From the NCBI RefSeq assembly GCF_964213995.1, contig NW_027590123.1, positions 806,001 through 870,000 of the forward strand: a stretch of DNA of 64,000 nt. Reading direction: 5' to 3'. Shown here one piece after another: positions 38,124-49,744 of the stretch. A program made the translations under genes and the position numbers. The DNA comes from Mustelus asterias. Its lineage: Eukaryota. Each line of letters opens with the position of its first letter. The first letter of the stretch is position 1. Below the pieces are notes generated by a model, which ran no database searches, was not told the origin of the DNA, and saw only the letters and a list, made by a program, of their open reading frames with translations.

Positions 38124-39058
38124 GATATCAGAAGGTGAGGATTTACAGACAGAAATCCCAAACCACACATCACATCAATATCTGACAGTCACTCAATTCA
38201 CCGGGACCTGAATATCATCAGCCTTTGAATGTAGGAGAAATGTTTGTCTATTTTGTCTGCAACAGAAAATTTTAAACTGGAAAAGCACCTGGACGCACAG
38301 AGATCCGAGTGAGAATGTTTCAGCTTTAACTAGTTACACAGTTTTTCAAAACATTACCCTTTGGAGTCGGGAAAGACACTCTCTGTCGTCTGTGTTTGTG
38401 GACACCTCAGTTGGTTCTTGAATGTGGAGAGTCACAAGGACACCTGCACCATGGAGAAACCTTGGGAATGAGGGAAGGGATTCGTTACCCCATCAAGACT
38501 GGAAAGTCACCGACGCGTTCGCACTGTGGAAAGGCCATTTACTTGCTCTGATTGTGGGAAGGGAGTCACTCAGTTATCCCACCTGTGGAGACATCAGTGA
38601 ATTCACACAGAGGAGAGGCCTTTTATCTGCACTGAATGTGGGAAGGGATTCACTCAGTCATTCAACCTGCTCGGACACCAGCGAGTTCACACTGGAGAGA
38701 GGCCGTTCATCTGCACTGAGTGTGGAAAGGGATTCAGAGATTCATCCACTCTGCAGAAGTACCAGAGAGTTCACACTGGGGAAAGACCATTCACTTGCTT
38801 TGATTATGGGAAGCGATTCCGAGATTCCTCCACCCAGGTGAGACACCATCAATTTTATACGGGGAGAGACTGTTCACCTGCTCTGACTGTGGGAAGGGAT
38901 TCACTCAGTTATCCACCCTGCAGACACACCAGCGAATTCACACCGGGGAGACGCCATTCACCTGCTCTCAGTGTGGGAAGGGATTCACTCGGTCAACTTC
39001 CCTGCTGAGACACCAGCAAGTTCACATTTGCTTACATGAGGTGGATTCTGCTGTTAAT
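38124..39058 (+). pseudogene. C2H2 zinc-finger exon ZNF-5 with stops and frameshifts
   Basis: Repeated CACACTGGGGAGAG..TGTGGGAAGGGATTCACTCAG units; TGA in a finger near 38598; several indels. Confidence 0.85.
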
Positions 39059-39229
39059 CACATCCAGGACTGAACCATGTTCATTCTGACAGTTGGTAAA
39101 GTGGGAGAGTCGGAGGGTTCCTTTGAGCCTGGCAGAGCACATTTCCACTGAAATGATCCACAACAACTGATGAAGGACATTAATTTCTCCAGGAGAGTAA
39201 ATAGTGTTTTTCCCCTACTACATGCAGCT

Positions 39230-39625
39230 CTAAAATGAACACAAAGAACTGGAAAAATGCAGCAGGTCTGGCAGCATCTGTGGAGAAGAATTTTGTAGAA
39301 CAGAAGCAAAAGGCGAGGTAATGGTTGTCGTAAAGAAGTGAGTGTTCAGGACAGAATAATGAACATCGCTGTCTGAAACAAAAAACCATGAAAACAAGTT
39401 CAGGGGGTGAAGTTGTTGAACTCAATGTTGAGTCCAGAAGGCTGTAAAGTGCCTCATCGGAAGATATGGGGCTGTTTGTCCAGCTTGTGTTGGGCTTCTC
39501 CGGAACATTGCAGCAGGCCGAGGACAGTAATGTGAGTGTGAGAGCAAGGTGGTGAATTCTGACGACAAGCAAGCGGAAGGTCAGGGTCATGCTTGTGGAC
39601 TGAGCGGAGGTGTTCCACAAAGAGG
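39230..39625 (-). mobile_element. Penelope-like element remnant
   Basis: EHLRSVHKHDPDLPLA..GLNIEFNNF C-terminus; a related terminal fragment lies at 23670-23800. Confidence 0.7.
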
Positions 39626-41600
39626 GCAGGGAACAGGCTACAGAGGGGCTGAAGAGAAACCATTTGTGTCCAGAACATTGTGAACATCCTTTTACTCTGG
39701 TTGTCTTTGATCCTCAGGTCATTTTCTGTTTGTTTTAACCATGTTCTGTTTCATTAATAAACTTTTATCAGTAAAAATATTTGATTTTTCTGGACTTTTC
39801 CTGATTGTGAAGCTGAAACATCTGTATCAGAAGGCCCCAGCCTCGGAGAATAAGTAGTTAATTGTATCAAATTGGCCCCAGCTTTTTGAAACTTCTGTGT
39901 TTTTTTTCCCCCTGGTCAATCGCAAAGATCCCAATCTAGTCATAATTTGAAAATTTGTATTCGATGATGTGCTTATCTTAAATACGACTGAAGGGGAAAA
40001 TTATTAACCAATTTACAGGGTTTTTGACAGAATACATAAGACACTACAAACAAAGAGTTAAATGATTCTTGAAACAAGGATAATATGGGAATGAAACAAA
40101 TACTTTACAAATATGTGGATGCAATAAGAGAATTAAATAAATAACTATGATTATAAAACATATGCTCATATTTTAAATGTAATTTATGTATTGAATGAAT
40201 TATTGTTCATTTCAAGCAAAAGCAAGTCACTGTAAGGTATGATGACAAATCGAAGAGTTGAGAGCCAATGGCCTGGGAGCCTTAGTAGTTGCAGAATTAA
40301 TATCTAAAAGTTTCTGGCGAGGGAACGCATTTTGCAACTTTATGAATGGGGACATTCAATGTTTAGACATAGAATAGATCGTACTGGGACTCAGGATCAC
40401 GTGTCTATCCAGTTTTGGAAATGAGCCGGTGGGAATGTTCATTTTGACCTCCTCACACAGAGATACCTGCCTCGTGAGCTTTATATTGTCTGTAGTTAAC
40501 GACAGTATTGGTCATCTCAAATTATCCCACAACACGAGTCATAATTTGGAAATTTGCAATCGATGATGTGCTTATGTGAAATACACCTCATTCTCTTGGT
40601 TTCACCCCATGGTTTGCACATCTGTTCTGTATGTGTTCTCTATCTAGCTTGTGGTTTGCCTGCCTGGGAAGTATTTCATCGGACGATATATAGAGAGATA
40701 CACTCTGTTAACCCACGCTGCAGCGACACTGATAGTGTTTTTAAGGGACAGTGTATAGGAAACTATCTTCTGCCACACACTGTCCTGCATCGGCCTCTAA
40801 TGAATGAGCCTTTTGCTGTTTAGAATTACCTGAAACTCGTCAGTGACAGACCAGTTTATGCGTGAAATCACCGCGGTTCTCCTCATTATTCATTCATTCT
40901 GTATCTGGATTTTATCATAAAAAGGCAGAGATGAAGGTGTATTTACACGGATGGGTCACTGGGTGGCGCAGTGACTCTTTCACGAAAGGGCATTGAGTTC
41001 AACCACATCCCACATATGACTGGGGAAAATCCCTATCTGGGAAAGAGGGGAAACCGTGTAATAGGGAAAATGGGGCGGAGTTGATGTGTTTTGGAGAACG
41101 GAATTAAGCCAAGCCAGAGTTGGTTAAAATTTCATTCAATATTTATTTTAAAAATTCAGAGAATATTTTACAGCAACATTATTTTTTTAAAGTTAGAAAA
41201 GTGAACATAACGATCGAGCTTCACATTGAGAACAGAACAGATGCACAGGGAATCCGTCAGTATCTGTACATCTGTTACATACACCAGAAAGAGAAAACAG
41301 GACCTTAATAGAAAGAGGAATTATCAAATGTGAATAAGGAATGAGAAAAGTTTCTTATTTCTACATGATCTTTAAACTACGGGGAAACTATTAACCACAA
41401 TTACATTATAACAAAAAATGCCTCGTACATTTCACACTGAAAACTGAATTAACGTCTATGATTGCCTCAGTTACAGATTCAGAATGATAAACTGAGAGAA
41501 TTTTACTGATAGAGTCACCGAGAGCAGATATTGCATTTGATCCATACAGAGATCTTGATAATCAGCTGCAGGAAATCTGCAGCTTCCAAAATTCAACCCA

Positions 41601-41609
41601 TCATTTGAT
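41601..41609 (-). CDS. IGHM: IgM TM2 exon (IK-stop; cytoplasmic tail KIK)
   Basis: ttcttttacag|ATC AAA TGA; candidate AATAAA at 41142-41147. Confidence 0.9.
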   Translation of the reverse strand: MK

Positions 41610-41749
41610 CTGTAAAAGAAAGATACAATAATGAAGCAGATGTTGATGATGCGGGACGTTAATGTTAGAGTTTTTAATCAGCGAAACATTGAGAATCTTT
41701 TCAAATCCATTCTGCCAGTTTGAAATGTGAGTGAATTGAATCATCTCAC

Positions 41750-41877
41750 CTTCACCAGAGTGACTGCAGTGCTGTAGAAAATGCTCAGGAAGAACAGCAC
41801 GATGAATGTAGAAGCGGTTGTCCAGATGTTGCTGTTATCATCCTCATTGTCATCAATCCAGACACGGTCGGTGGAGT
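41750..41877 (-). CDS. IGHM: IgM TM1 exon ([43 protein letters not shown])
   Basis: Acidic spacer plus the conserved antigen-receptor TM motif; cccctag|AC acceptor, AAG|GTGAGA donor. Confidence 0.96.
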
Positions 41878-42439
41878 CTAGGGGATGGAGACCAGGAACT
41901 GAAATTAGATTACTTTATTTATCCAGGTGATCTTATTGTTATTTTTATGTTTCCCGTTCTCCTTTTTAAGCTGTTCATTTAATCTCGAATTTAATTTTCA
42001 ATGTATATCTACTGTTAAATTCAGGACACTCAGTAACCGATCTCCGTAACTATTTTCACATCTGATCTTTATTGACATTCCTTGGACAGTCCATGTGAGA
42101 AAACACTGAAGATGTTTAATTGAGTATCAGTTCATTTTTGAACTATTTGCCACTATCCCTTATTGAACAATGTTATGACTGATATCGAGGAACGTTCACT
42201 GATCAATGATTGTTTTCACAGATGGTTACTGATCTATAAACTAAATTTGTTGTTTAAGTCTTGGGGTGTAATTTCCGATCTGTGCTTCTTTATGGTGGAA
42301 ATAGATCATGAGCTTAATTCAGCTTCTCACTGTGTTTGTCTGTTCATTGTACATTTGGATAGCTAATCTGTGGACATGTGCATTAAAAAATCACCTTTAA
42401 ATTTTACATTCATCATTTGCCTACCGTTTGTATTTAAGA

Positions 42440-43880
42440 TCATGCGTTTGTGTGCGTGTGCATGAGCATCTCCTGGTCTGCATTATTCTTTGGCTCTGAG
42501 TTAATATGTGTGCAAGAGTGTTAATGTGCGCGTTCATTTGCCTATGGTTGTTGATTTGTGAAGTTGTTTGCATCTGTGTGTATATTTTATTCTTCTGTCA
42601 TTGTGCATGTATGACTATTATTGTGTGAAGTCTATGAATATGTATTAATGCCATTCTTAATGGGCGCACGTGTGTTTATGCCTATTGCTATGTGTTAATT
42701 TCTGTCACTCCAGTAATGTTTGTTTCCCTTTCTGTGTGCGTCTGTCTCTCCGTGTGTCTGTGTGCATGTCTGTTAACAGGTCAGTACATGTATATACGTG
42801 TTGATAGTTCTTTATAACGGTGTGTTGATGTATGTTTGTGTTTCGATGTGTAGTAATGTGTGCTATGGTGTTCTGTTCTGTATGAGCATGTTAATGTTTG
42901 CGTCTACATGTTTGCGTGTAAATGTTTTGCAGTCTGTTCATCTATATGCAGTCTGCTAATTTGTTTATATATATTTCCATGTATGTTTGTTAATGTGTAT
43001 AACATTGTGCGTCTTTATATCTATATTCCTGTCAGCGTGAATGTGTGCTGATATATATGTACTTATTTGAGTCTATGTATTTGCTTGTGTATTTATGTAG
43101 CTCTGCATGCGTGTGTATCTATCTGTATTGTGTCTCTGCATGTATGTGCTTGTATTTGGGTCTGTGTACCTACTCACATATGTGTCTGTGTATGTACTTG
43201 TGTGGTTTATGTGTATATGTGTACGTTTATACATATTTGATTATCTACGTATGTTGTTGTTTTAGTGCCTGTTTGTACAAGCGCGAGTCTATGTATCCGT
43301 GTGTGTGTGTGTGTGTGTGGAGGGCGGGGGGGGGGGGGGGGGGGGGGGGTGGGGGGGAGAGAGAGAGAGAGAGAGAATGTGTGTGTGTGCCGATGTATAT
43401 TTGTGTACGGATGTATTTATGTATGGGTGTATTTTTGTGTGGGTGTATTTGTGTCTGTGTGTATTTGTGTGTGTATTTTTGTTTGTGCCTGTGTTGTCCA
43501 TGAGTGCATTTGTGTGTGCATTCTTGTTTCTCTGCATGTGTGTTTGTTTGCGCAAGTATTGCATGTACCTATGGTGTGTGAAAGTGTATCTGTGTGTATG
43601 CATGTATCTGTGTGTTTTTGTGCATGTGTATGTGCTGTGTATGTATGCTTCTATGTCTGCATTTGAATGTGCCTGTCCGTATTTCTGTATATGTGCATGC
43701 ATTTGTGTGTGTATTTACATGTGTCTTTCTGCATTTGTGTGCATTTTGTGAGTATGTGTATTTGTGCATTTGTGTCGATGTGTGCGTGTGTGTGTGTCTG
43801 TGTGTGTGTGTATGTGTACGCCTATGTGTGTATTTATAATTGTGACAGTTTTGTGCGGTACTGTCAGTGTGTGTATTTTT
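42440..43880. repeat. Degenerate (TG)n/(TA)n low-complexity tract with a poly-G core
   Basis: Direct inspection. Confidence 0.9.
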
Positions 43881-44176
43881 TAACCGTTGCTGCAAGTTTC
43901 ACCGGCAATCAGTAACTGAACGTGATCCAAACAATATGAATAATGGAGCATATTTTCAGTGTTTGCTGTAGAAATTTCTTTTATGTGAGTGGCACGGTGA
44001 TATCAGGAGAGCGAATGAAATAATTCATTGATGCATCTCAGAAACCTCAGTGACAGAACAGTGAAAACCGGGGAGGATTCTATTATTTGTTTAAATTTGT
44101 ATCATGGGAAATCAATGCCAGCACATGATTAACAGGAACAAGAGTGTTGAAACATTTTTAAATTATGTTGCATAAG

Positions 44177-44217
44177 TATATATGTATATAAGTATACATT
44201 CATATATATATATATAA

Positions 44218-44254
<37 letters not shown>

Positions 44255-44270
44255 TATATGTGTATTATAT
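44177..44270. repeat. (TA)n microsatellite
   Basis: Direct inspection. Confidence 0.95.
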
Positions 44271-45072
44271 ACTTCAACGACACTTTGATAATGATAATGA
44301 TACTTCAAAGTCTGCAGCAAGTAAACCGAAAGCTAATTTGTACTGTTGACAACTGAGTCCTTATAGTCGAGAGCCGTTCCCTTCCAAACACGCTACTTGG
44401 GGAGAGGGAGGAGAGTGAGCTCATAGTTTCCCTCTCTCTACCTGGTGAAGCAATGTGCCTGATGGTTCTAACCACTGAGGAGGTGGTGGTGAATGGATTA
44501 AATAATGCCATTCCTCCTGCTTTCGTTGAGGAAGTGATGGTACATGGGTTAGCTACTGCTCCTCCCCTCTCTTTGTTGGGTGAGTAGGAATCCGGTATGT
44601 TAACAATTTCACTCTCCCCTCTCTCTGATGGGGGGATTGTTGCTCCATGTTTCTGTGTGACCCTCACTTCAGTTCCCAGTGGGTGTGGTGAAGCAGCTTA
44701 AAGCTGACATCAATGCGTAAAGGCATGGACAACGACAGAAGCAGGAACACCGAGATCTAAATGTTGTGTTTGTTTGTCAGAAATGTTGAAATTGTCGGAG
44801 TTTTCCTCAGGGAGGAAAGTCGCTGAAGATATTTTGCAGAATCCTGTAATGAATGCGCTCCACTCTGTCTCTAACACAGGGTGTGTCTGAGCTGGGCGCA
44901 CTGGTTCAACAAGACTTGGACCTGAGACCTGAAAATATCTGAGTCAAACCAAAGATAGCTAATGGAAGTAAAACTGAAAAACAATCAATTAAGCGTTTGG
45001 CTATTTCATTTGTTGTTAGAGGAAAAATATTTTATTATTTTTATTGAAGTTTTTAATGTAACCGAGTGATTC

Positions 45073-45464
45073 TCATTGACATGAATTAACGGTGTCCATC
45101 AGAGCAAGGGAAATGTTCACAAAACTGGGTTTACCGCTGGATTTGTCAACTGTTCTGTTGATGATCTTCAAGGGGATGGCTTCATGTCCCACCACACAGG
45201 AGTAAGAAGCGCCGCTGGACCACTCCTCTGCTGCAATGGATAACAGGCTGTACATGAAGAAGGAGCTATTCCCGCTCTCCGCGACCACCTCGGTGTTCCT
45301 GTAGTTCCCAGGATTCACCGGCTTGTCGTTGACGGTCCACTTGACGAAGATCTCTCGAGGGGAGAAACGTCTCACTAAGCAACTGAGGGAGACGAATCTC
45401 TGAGCGGAGACTTCTTCTGCCGAGGGCAAGAGGACAGAGACGAACGGTTCCCGCGGATTTGGAT
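45073..45464 (-). CDS. IGHM: IgM CH4 plus secretory tailpiece ([20 protein letters not shown]); internal donor after 45135 for the membrane form
   Basis: C1-set domain; tailpiece with NIS sequon and penultimate Cys; internal G|GTAAAC donor; AATAAA at 45040-45045 and 45031-45036. Confidence 0.97.
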
Positions 45465-45961
45465 CTGCAGAAAATGTACAATAAATGTCAATAAACTGGA
45501 GGATTCTGGAGACAATGAAACTGCTGGCTCGGTATCAGAAAAATGTGCTTCGCTTTCGATTTTAAATGTTTCTATTTTTGACTTCCAGCTTGGAGGAGAG
45601 GTGAACGCAATTGTTTTCTCAAATAACTCAGCGGGTTGGACTGGAAAGTTTCAGAAAGTTTACAGCACTGAATCAGGCTCTTCGGCCCAACTGATCGGCT
45701 TTTTTTTATTGGTTTTCATGCTCCACATCAGGCTCCTCCCTCGTTATTCGATCTAAACCCAATAACATCGCCTTCAGTTCACTTTTCATTCATCAACACA
45801 TCAAATTTCCCCGTAAAAATATATGCAGGACCAGAGTCTTTAGTTAGTAGAGTTTCCACTCAGGGGACACCATTAATGCACTGAATACTGAATATTGACC
45901 AGTACACTGACACTGGAAGTAGACACAGTGACGCATTTATTGCTTCAATCTCTCAGCTCAC

Positions 45962-46270
45962 CTGTTTCCTTGTGGATGGATTTTCTTAAAGGAGTCGGCA
46001 GATCCTGATGGCTCACCACGCAGTGAAACACAGCCGCACTCAGCCAGGCTTGTGTCGAGATGTTTAAGTTGCTGACCACGCTGTCAGGATCGGCTCCTGG
46101 CTTTTCGGCAATCTCTGATTTCAAATACTTCCTGTCTCGGATCCAGGACACATTGACTCCATAAGGAGCATGAGAAATGATGCAGGTTAAGGTCACGGTA
46201 GCCTCCAGTAAGACCTGTTCTATTGGTGGTGGCTGTATGGTCACTGTGGAATCATGGCACTGGCAAGGAC
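45962..46270 (-). CDS. IGHM: IgM CH3 exon
   Basis: [45 protein letters not shown]; 309 nt, phase 1-1. Confidence 0.95.
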
Positions 46271-46699
46271 CTGTGAATGACAAATGAAAATCAACCCAAG
46301 TTCCCTCTTCAGAAGCAGGGCAGTAGTATTCACCCTAAAGGAGAAAAAGTCGCCTTCGAGATATCAACCTCTAAGTATCGCCTTTAAACTTTTATAGACG
46401 ATGGAAAACCAGCTCGATCTGTGAAACTATTCTCTTTATTAAAATATTTTAGCAGCGGTATCATTCTCATGAATCAGCATTGCAGCATTCCAAACCATGC
46501 CCCAACTCAGGAACACAGTACTTGTCATTGATTTATTATTAGGGTGAATGCACTTTCCAACATTTAACCCCTCCGCTGTGACCTGTGAAACAGTCCAACA
46601 CCAACTGTTTCTCCAAATCTTACCAGCCGTCTCAGGAAAAAGGCTGACATCATGGCCGCCTCGCTCACTATGTTACTTCAAAACAGAAAGAAACACTCT

Positions 46700-47005
46700 T
46701 TCAAGGGGAGGCAGTGGTATTGTCAATGGACTTGTAATCCAAGAGACCGAGGACAAGACTCTAATTGAAGAGACACGGATTCGAATCTCACCACTGCAAA
46801 TGGTGAAATTTGAATTCAATAAAAATCTATGATTAAAAGTCAAATGATCATCATGAAGCCGTTGTTGTAAAAACCCACCTGGTTCACGAATGCCCTTTAG
46901 AAAAGTAAATCTGCTGTCTTTATCTGGCCTGGCATGCATGTGACTCCAGATCCACAGCAATGTGGTTGACACTTAAGTGCCCTCAGGGATGGGAAATAAA
47001 TGCAC
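46700..47005 (+). mobile_element. Deu-domain-type SINE in the CH2-CH3 intron
   Basis: GATTCGAATCTC B-box-like motif; shared Deu-type core. Confidence 0.72.
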
Positions 47006-47188
47006 ATCTCATGAAGGAATAACAAAAATTGCTGTTGTGATGAAATTCTGAATGGGGCACTGTCTTAATGCAGCAAACCACATGGCAGCAAATTCGAAGT
47101 TGTTCTGTGCTTTGTACTAACTTTAATAGACCCCTAATTCCGATTAACATCGGAATGGTATATTTTATCCTCGGTTTGAGTCTCTTAC

Positions 47189-47500
47189 CCAGAGATCCGC
47201 TGATGTTCTGACTCTGAGTGAATCCTTGATGAGTGACCTGGCAGGTATAGACCGCTTTGCTGATCCATTCCTGAGCGGAGACTGTCAGCCGACTGCTGGC
47301 CGAGAAGTTCCTGTTCACTTCATAGGCGGGAGAGGTGATAATTCCTGAATCCATGGGTTGTCCATTCTTCAGCCACTTCACCGTCATTGACTTTGGCTGG
47401 AAATCGATGATTGAACAGACGATGGTTGCAAATTTTCTGCTGGTGATTTCTTCACTGGAACTCACGGTGAGGATAACGGTTGGGGTGATAACGATTGGGC
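47189..47500 (-). CDS. IGHM: IgM CH2 exon
   Basis: C1-set domain [38 protein letters not shown]; 312 nt, AG/GT, phase 1-1. Confidence 0.95.
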
Positions 47501-47599
47501 CTTCAACAAACAAATGTTCAGACGTTACTTGAAGATTCCATTGACATCAATTAAAATTAGTTCTTTTATATGAGCAAAATAGCTGCCGATTTGAGAATT

Positions 47600-48330
47600 A
47601 TATCCATGGTTTGGTTGAATTGGCAGGGAAATGGCGAATGGAATTCAACCGTCAAAAGTGCCACACAATGCATTTGGGGAGGGAAAGCAAAGCAAGGCAA
47701 TAAACTGGAATGTTAAGAGGGATTGAGGAAATGCAAGACCTTAGAGAGCACGTCCACATGTCCTTATAGATGGTAGGGCAGCTGGACAAGTTGATCAAGA
47801 AAGCATATCGGATTAGTTCCTCTATTATGTGAGATATTGAATGCAAAAACAGTGATGCAATGATGGAGCTGCATAAAACCCAGTTAGGCCACGTTTGGAG
47901 TTTGCTGTTCAGTTCTGGTCACCACGTTGCAGGAATGACGTAATGAATCTGGAGAGAGATGAGGTTAACAAGAATGTTGTCAGGGCCTGAAAATTGCAGC
48001 CATGAGGCGAGATTGGATAGGCAGGGGTTTTTCTCCTCAGAAAAAGAGGAGGCTGAGGCGTGACGTAATTGTGGTTCACAAAATTAGAAGGGACGTAGGC
48101 AGAAATAATTCATTCCCCAAGTGGAGGGCTCAATTACCAGGGAGCATGGTCATTTAAAAGGTCATTACGTCTGCATCTCAGGTGCTTTAACCTGCAATGC
48201 TACGGCGCAAGGGCTGGAAAATGGGCTCAAAATGTCTGGCTAGTTTATTTGTTCTCCCTTTTGGCCAGCACAGACGTGATGGGCTCAATGGCCTCATTCT
48301 GCACAGTAACAGTCCTGTTGTTCTTTGGTT
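47600..48330 (+). mobile_element. Old CR1 fragment in the CH1-CH2 intron
   Basis: Degenerate WQMEFN..RPRLEFAVQFWSP motifs and 3' UTR. Confidence 0.75.
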
Positions 48331-48473
48331 CTGAACAACTTTTCAGTCAGTAGACACTTACCTGGATTTTGAATAATTCATTTTTTTTCAGAATGCTACA
48401 GATCAGTTATAACTAAAGCCTTATACAGTTCAATCACAGCGTTCCTGTCTTGCCCAAGTTCCACAACACTTAC

Positions 48474-48773
48474 ATTGCATTTCAATGCTCTTGACGGAGT
48501 CGCTGTGTCGAACCTCACAGTCGATTTTGCTGCACTCTCCCTCTGACTGGGTGATGGTTAACTGGCTGCTCAGGGTATAGGTTCCCTTCGTGTTTCTCAC
48601 TGATGGATAAGTCTTAAATCCAGTGGCGATCAGCTGCCCATTTTTCTTCCAGGTCAGTTTGGAGACATCTGGAGAGTAGTCCATCGCCAAACAGCCGTAG
48701 GTGATGGAGCCAGCGGAGTTGTGTTGCTGACAGGAAGAGACGAGGCTGTAGAGAGTGGGCGGAGACGGTGTCG
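48474..48773 (-). CDS. IGHM: IgM CH1 exon
   Basis: ttctttcccag|CG; [42 protein letters not shown]; 300 nt, phase 1-1; carries the extra N-terminal Cys expected for light-chain linkage. Confidence 0.95.
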
Positions 48774-49299
48774 CTGGGAAAGAATAGTCGATTCAACAAG
48801 TTAGACTCTTACTTGCGTTTATTAATTAGTCAAACATATTTATACAAGTAAGTTTCTATATTAGGTATAGCTCTTGGGGCTAAAGGGATCAATGGATATG
48901 GGTAGTAGACGGGGTCAGGATATTGATGAGCTGTGATCAAAGTGAATGGTAGAGCAGGGTCAAAGGGCCGAATGGCTTACTCCTGCTTCTATTTTCTATG
49001 TTTCTACATCACGATTTGTCTAGAATTATGAACTTAACTTAATATTTCCCGATTAAGACCTACATACACCTTTCAGCTTCTGTTACTCCTATCATTTGAG
49101 AATCGCCATCTTTGTAGAAACTCACATCAATGTCTCGACCTCTATCAGATTGGAAAGACAAAAACATTTTGATGTCATTGTAATGACATACCATTCATTA
49201 GATTAACAGAAAAGTGTAAAGAGTTTCTCCATTACTTCAGGCACTAGCTATTTCTCAAACAACAGCACTTTGTGATGAAGAAGATGTCTCTTCATTCAT

Positions 49300-49427
49300 A
49301 TCAGCCACTCGCCTGATGAAAGAGCTCCAAAAGCTCACGATTCCAAATAATCCTGTTGGAGTTCAACCTGGTGTTGTGAGACTCCTTACTGTGCCCACCC
49401 CAACCTAGCGTCGGCATATCCACATTG
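49300..49427 (+). mobile_element. Penelope pLTR fragment with degenerate hammerhead core
   Basis: CTGATGA..AAAAGCTC..CCAAATAATCCTGTTGGAGTTCAACCTGGTGTTGTGAG. Confidence 0.7.
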
Positions 49428-49744
49428 TAGCTTTGGCTATTGCCTGTGTTCAAACTAACTGATGCCCCTTCCTCTCTCCGACTCACTGCCTCTCACTCCA
49501 CAAAACGAAGATTAGTGACTTTGCTTCAAAAATACCTTCGGAATGAATACTTACTGAATGACCAGGAAACTCTCAATGTGATTACAAATTCAAATAGTTG
49601 CAACATTGACTAATTGAAGGGCCATACATTAATAGCAAGAGTTGGCCATTCGGGCCCTGAAGTCTCCTCCATTATTCACTGAGATTACAGATGATCTGGT
49701 TGTGGTGCTAGCTCTATTTTGCACATCCTCACTCCGCCCGTCGA

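Noticed and set aside
42860-43915. Cys/Val- or His/Thr-rich ORFs (also 51389-54977)
   Set aside because: They are translations of TG/CA/GA microsatellite DNA.
49310-49345. Fourth hammerhead ribozyme in the J-C intron
   Set aside because: GAAA core is mutated to AAAA and stem II is collapsed, so it is likely inactive.
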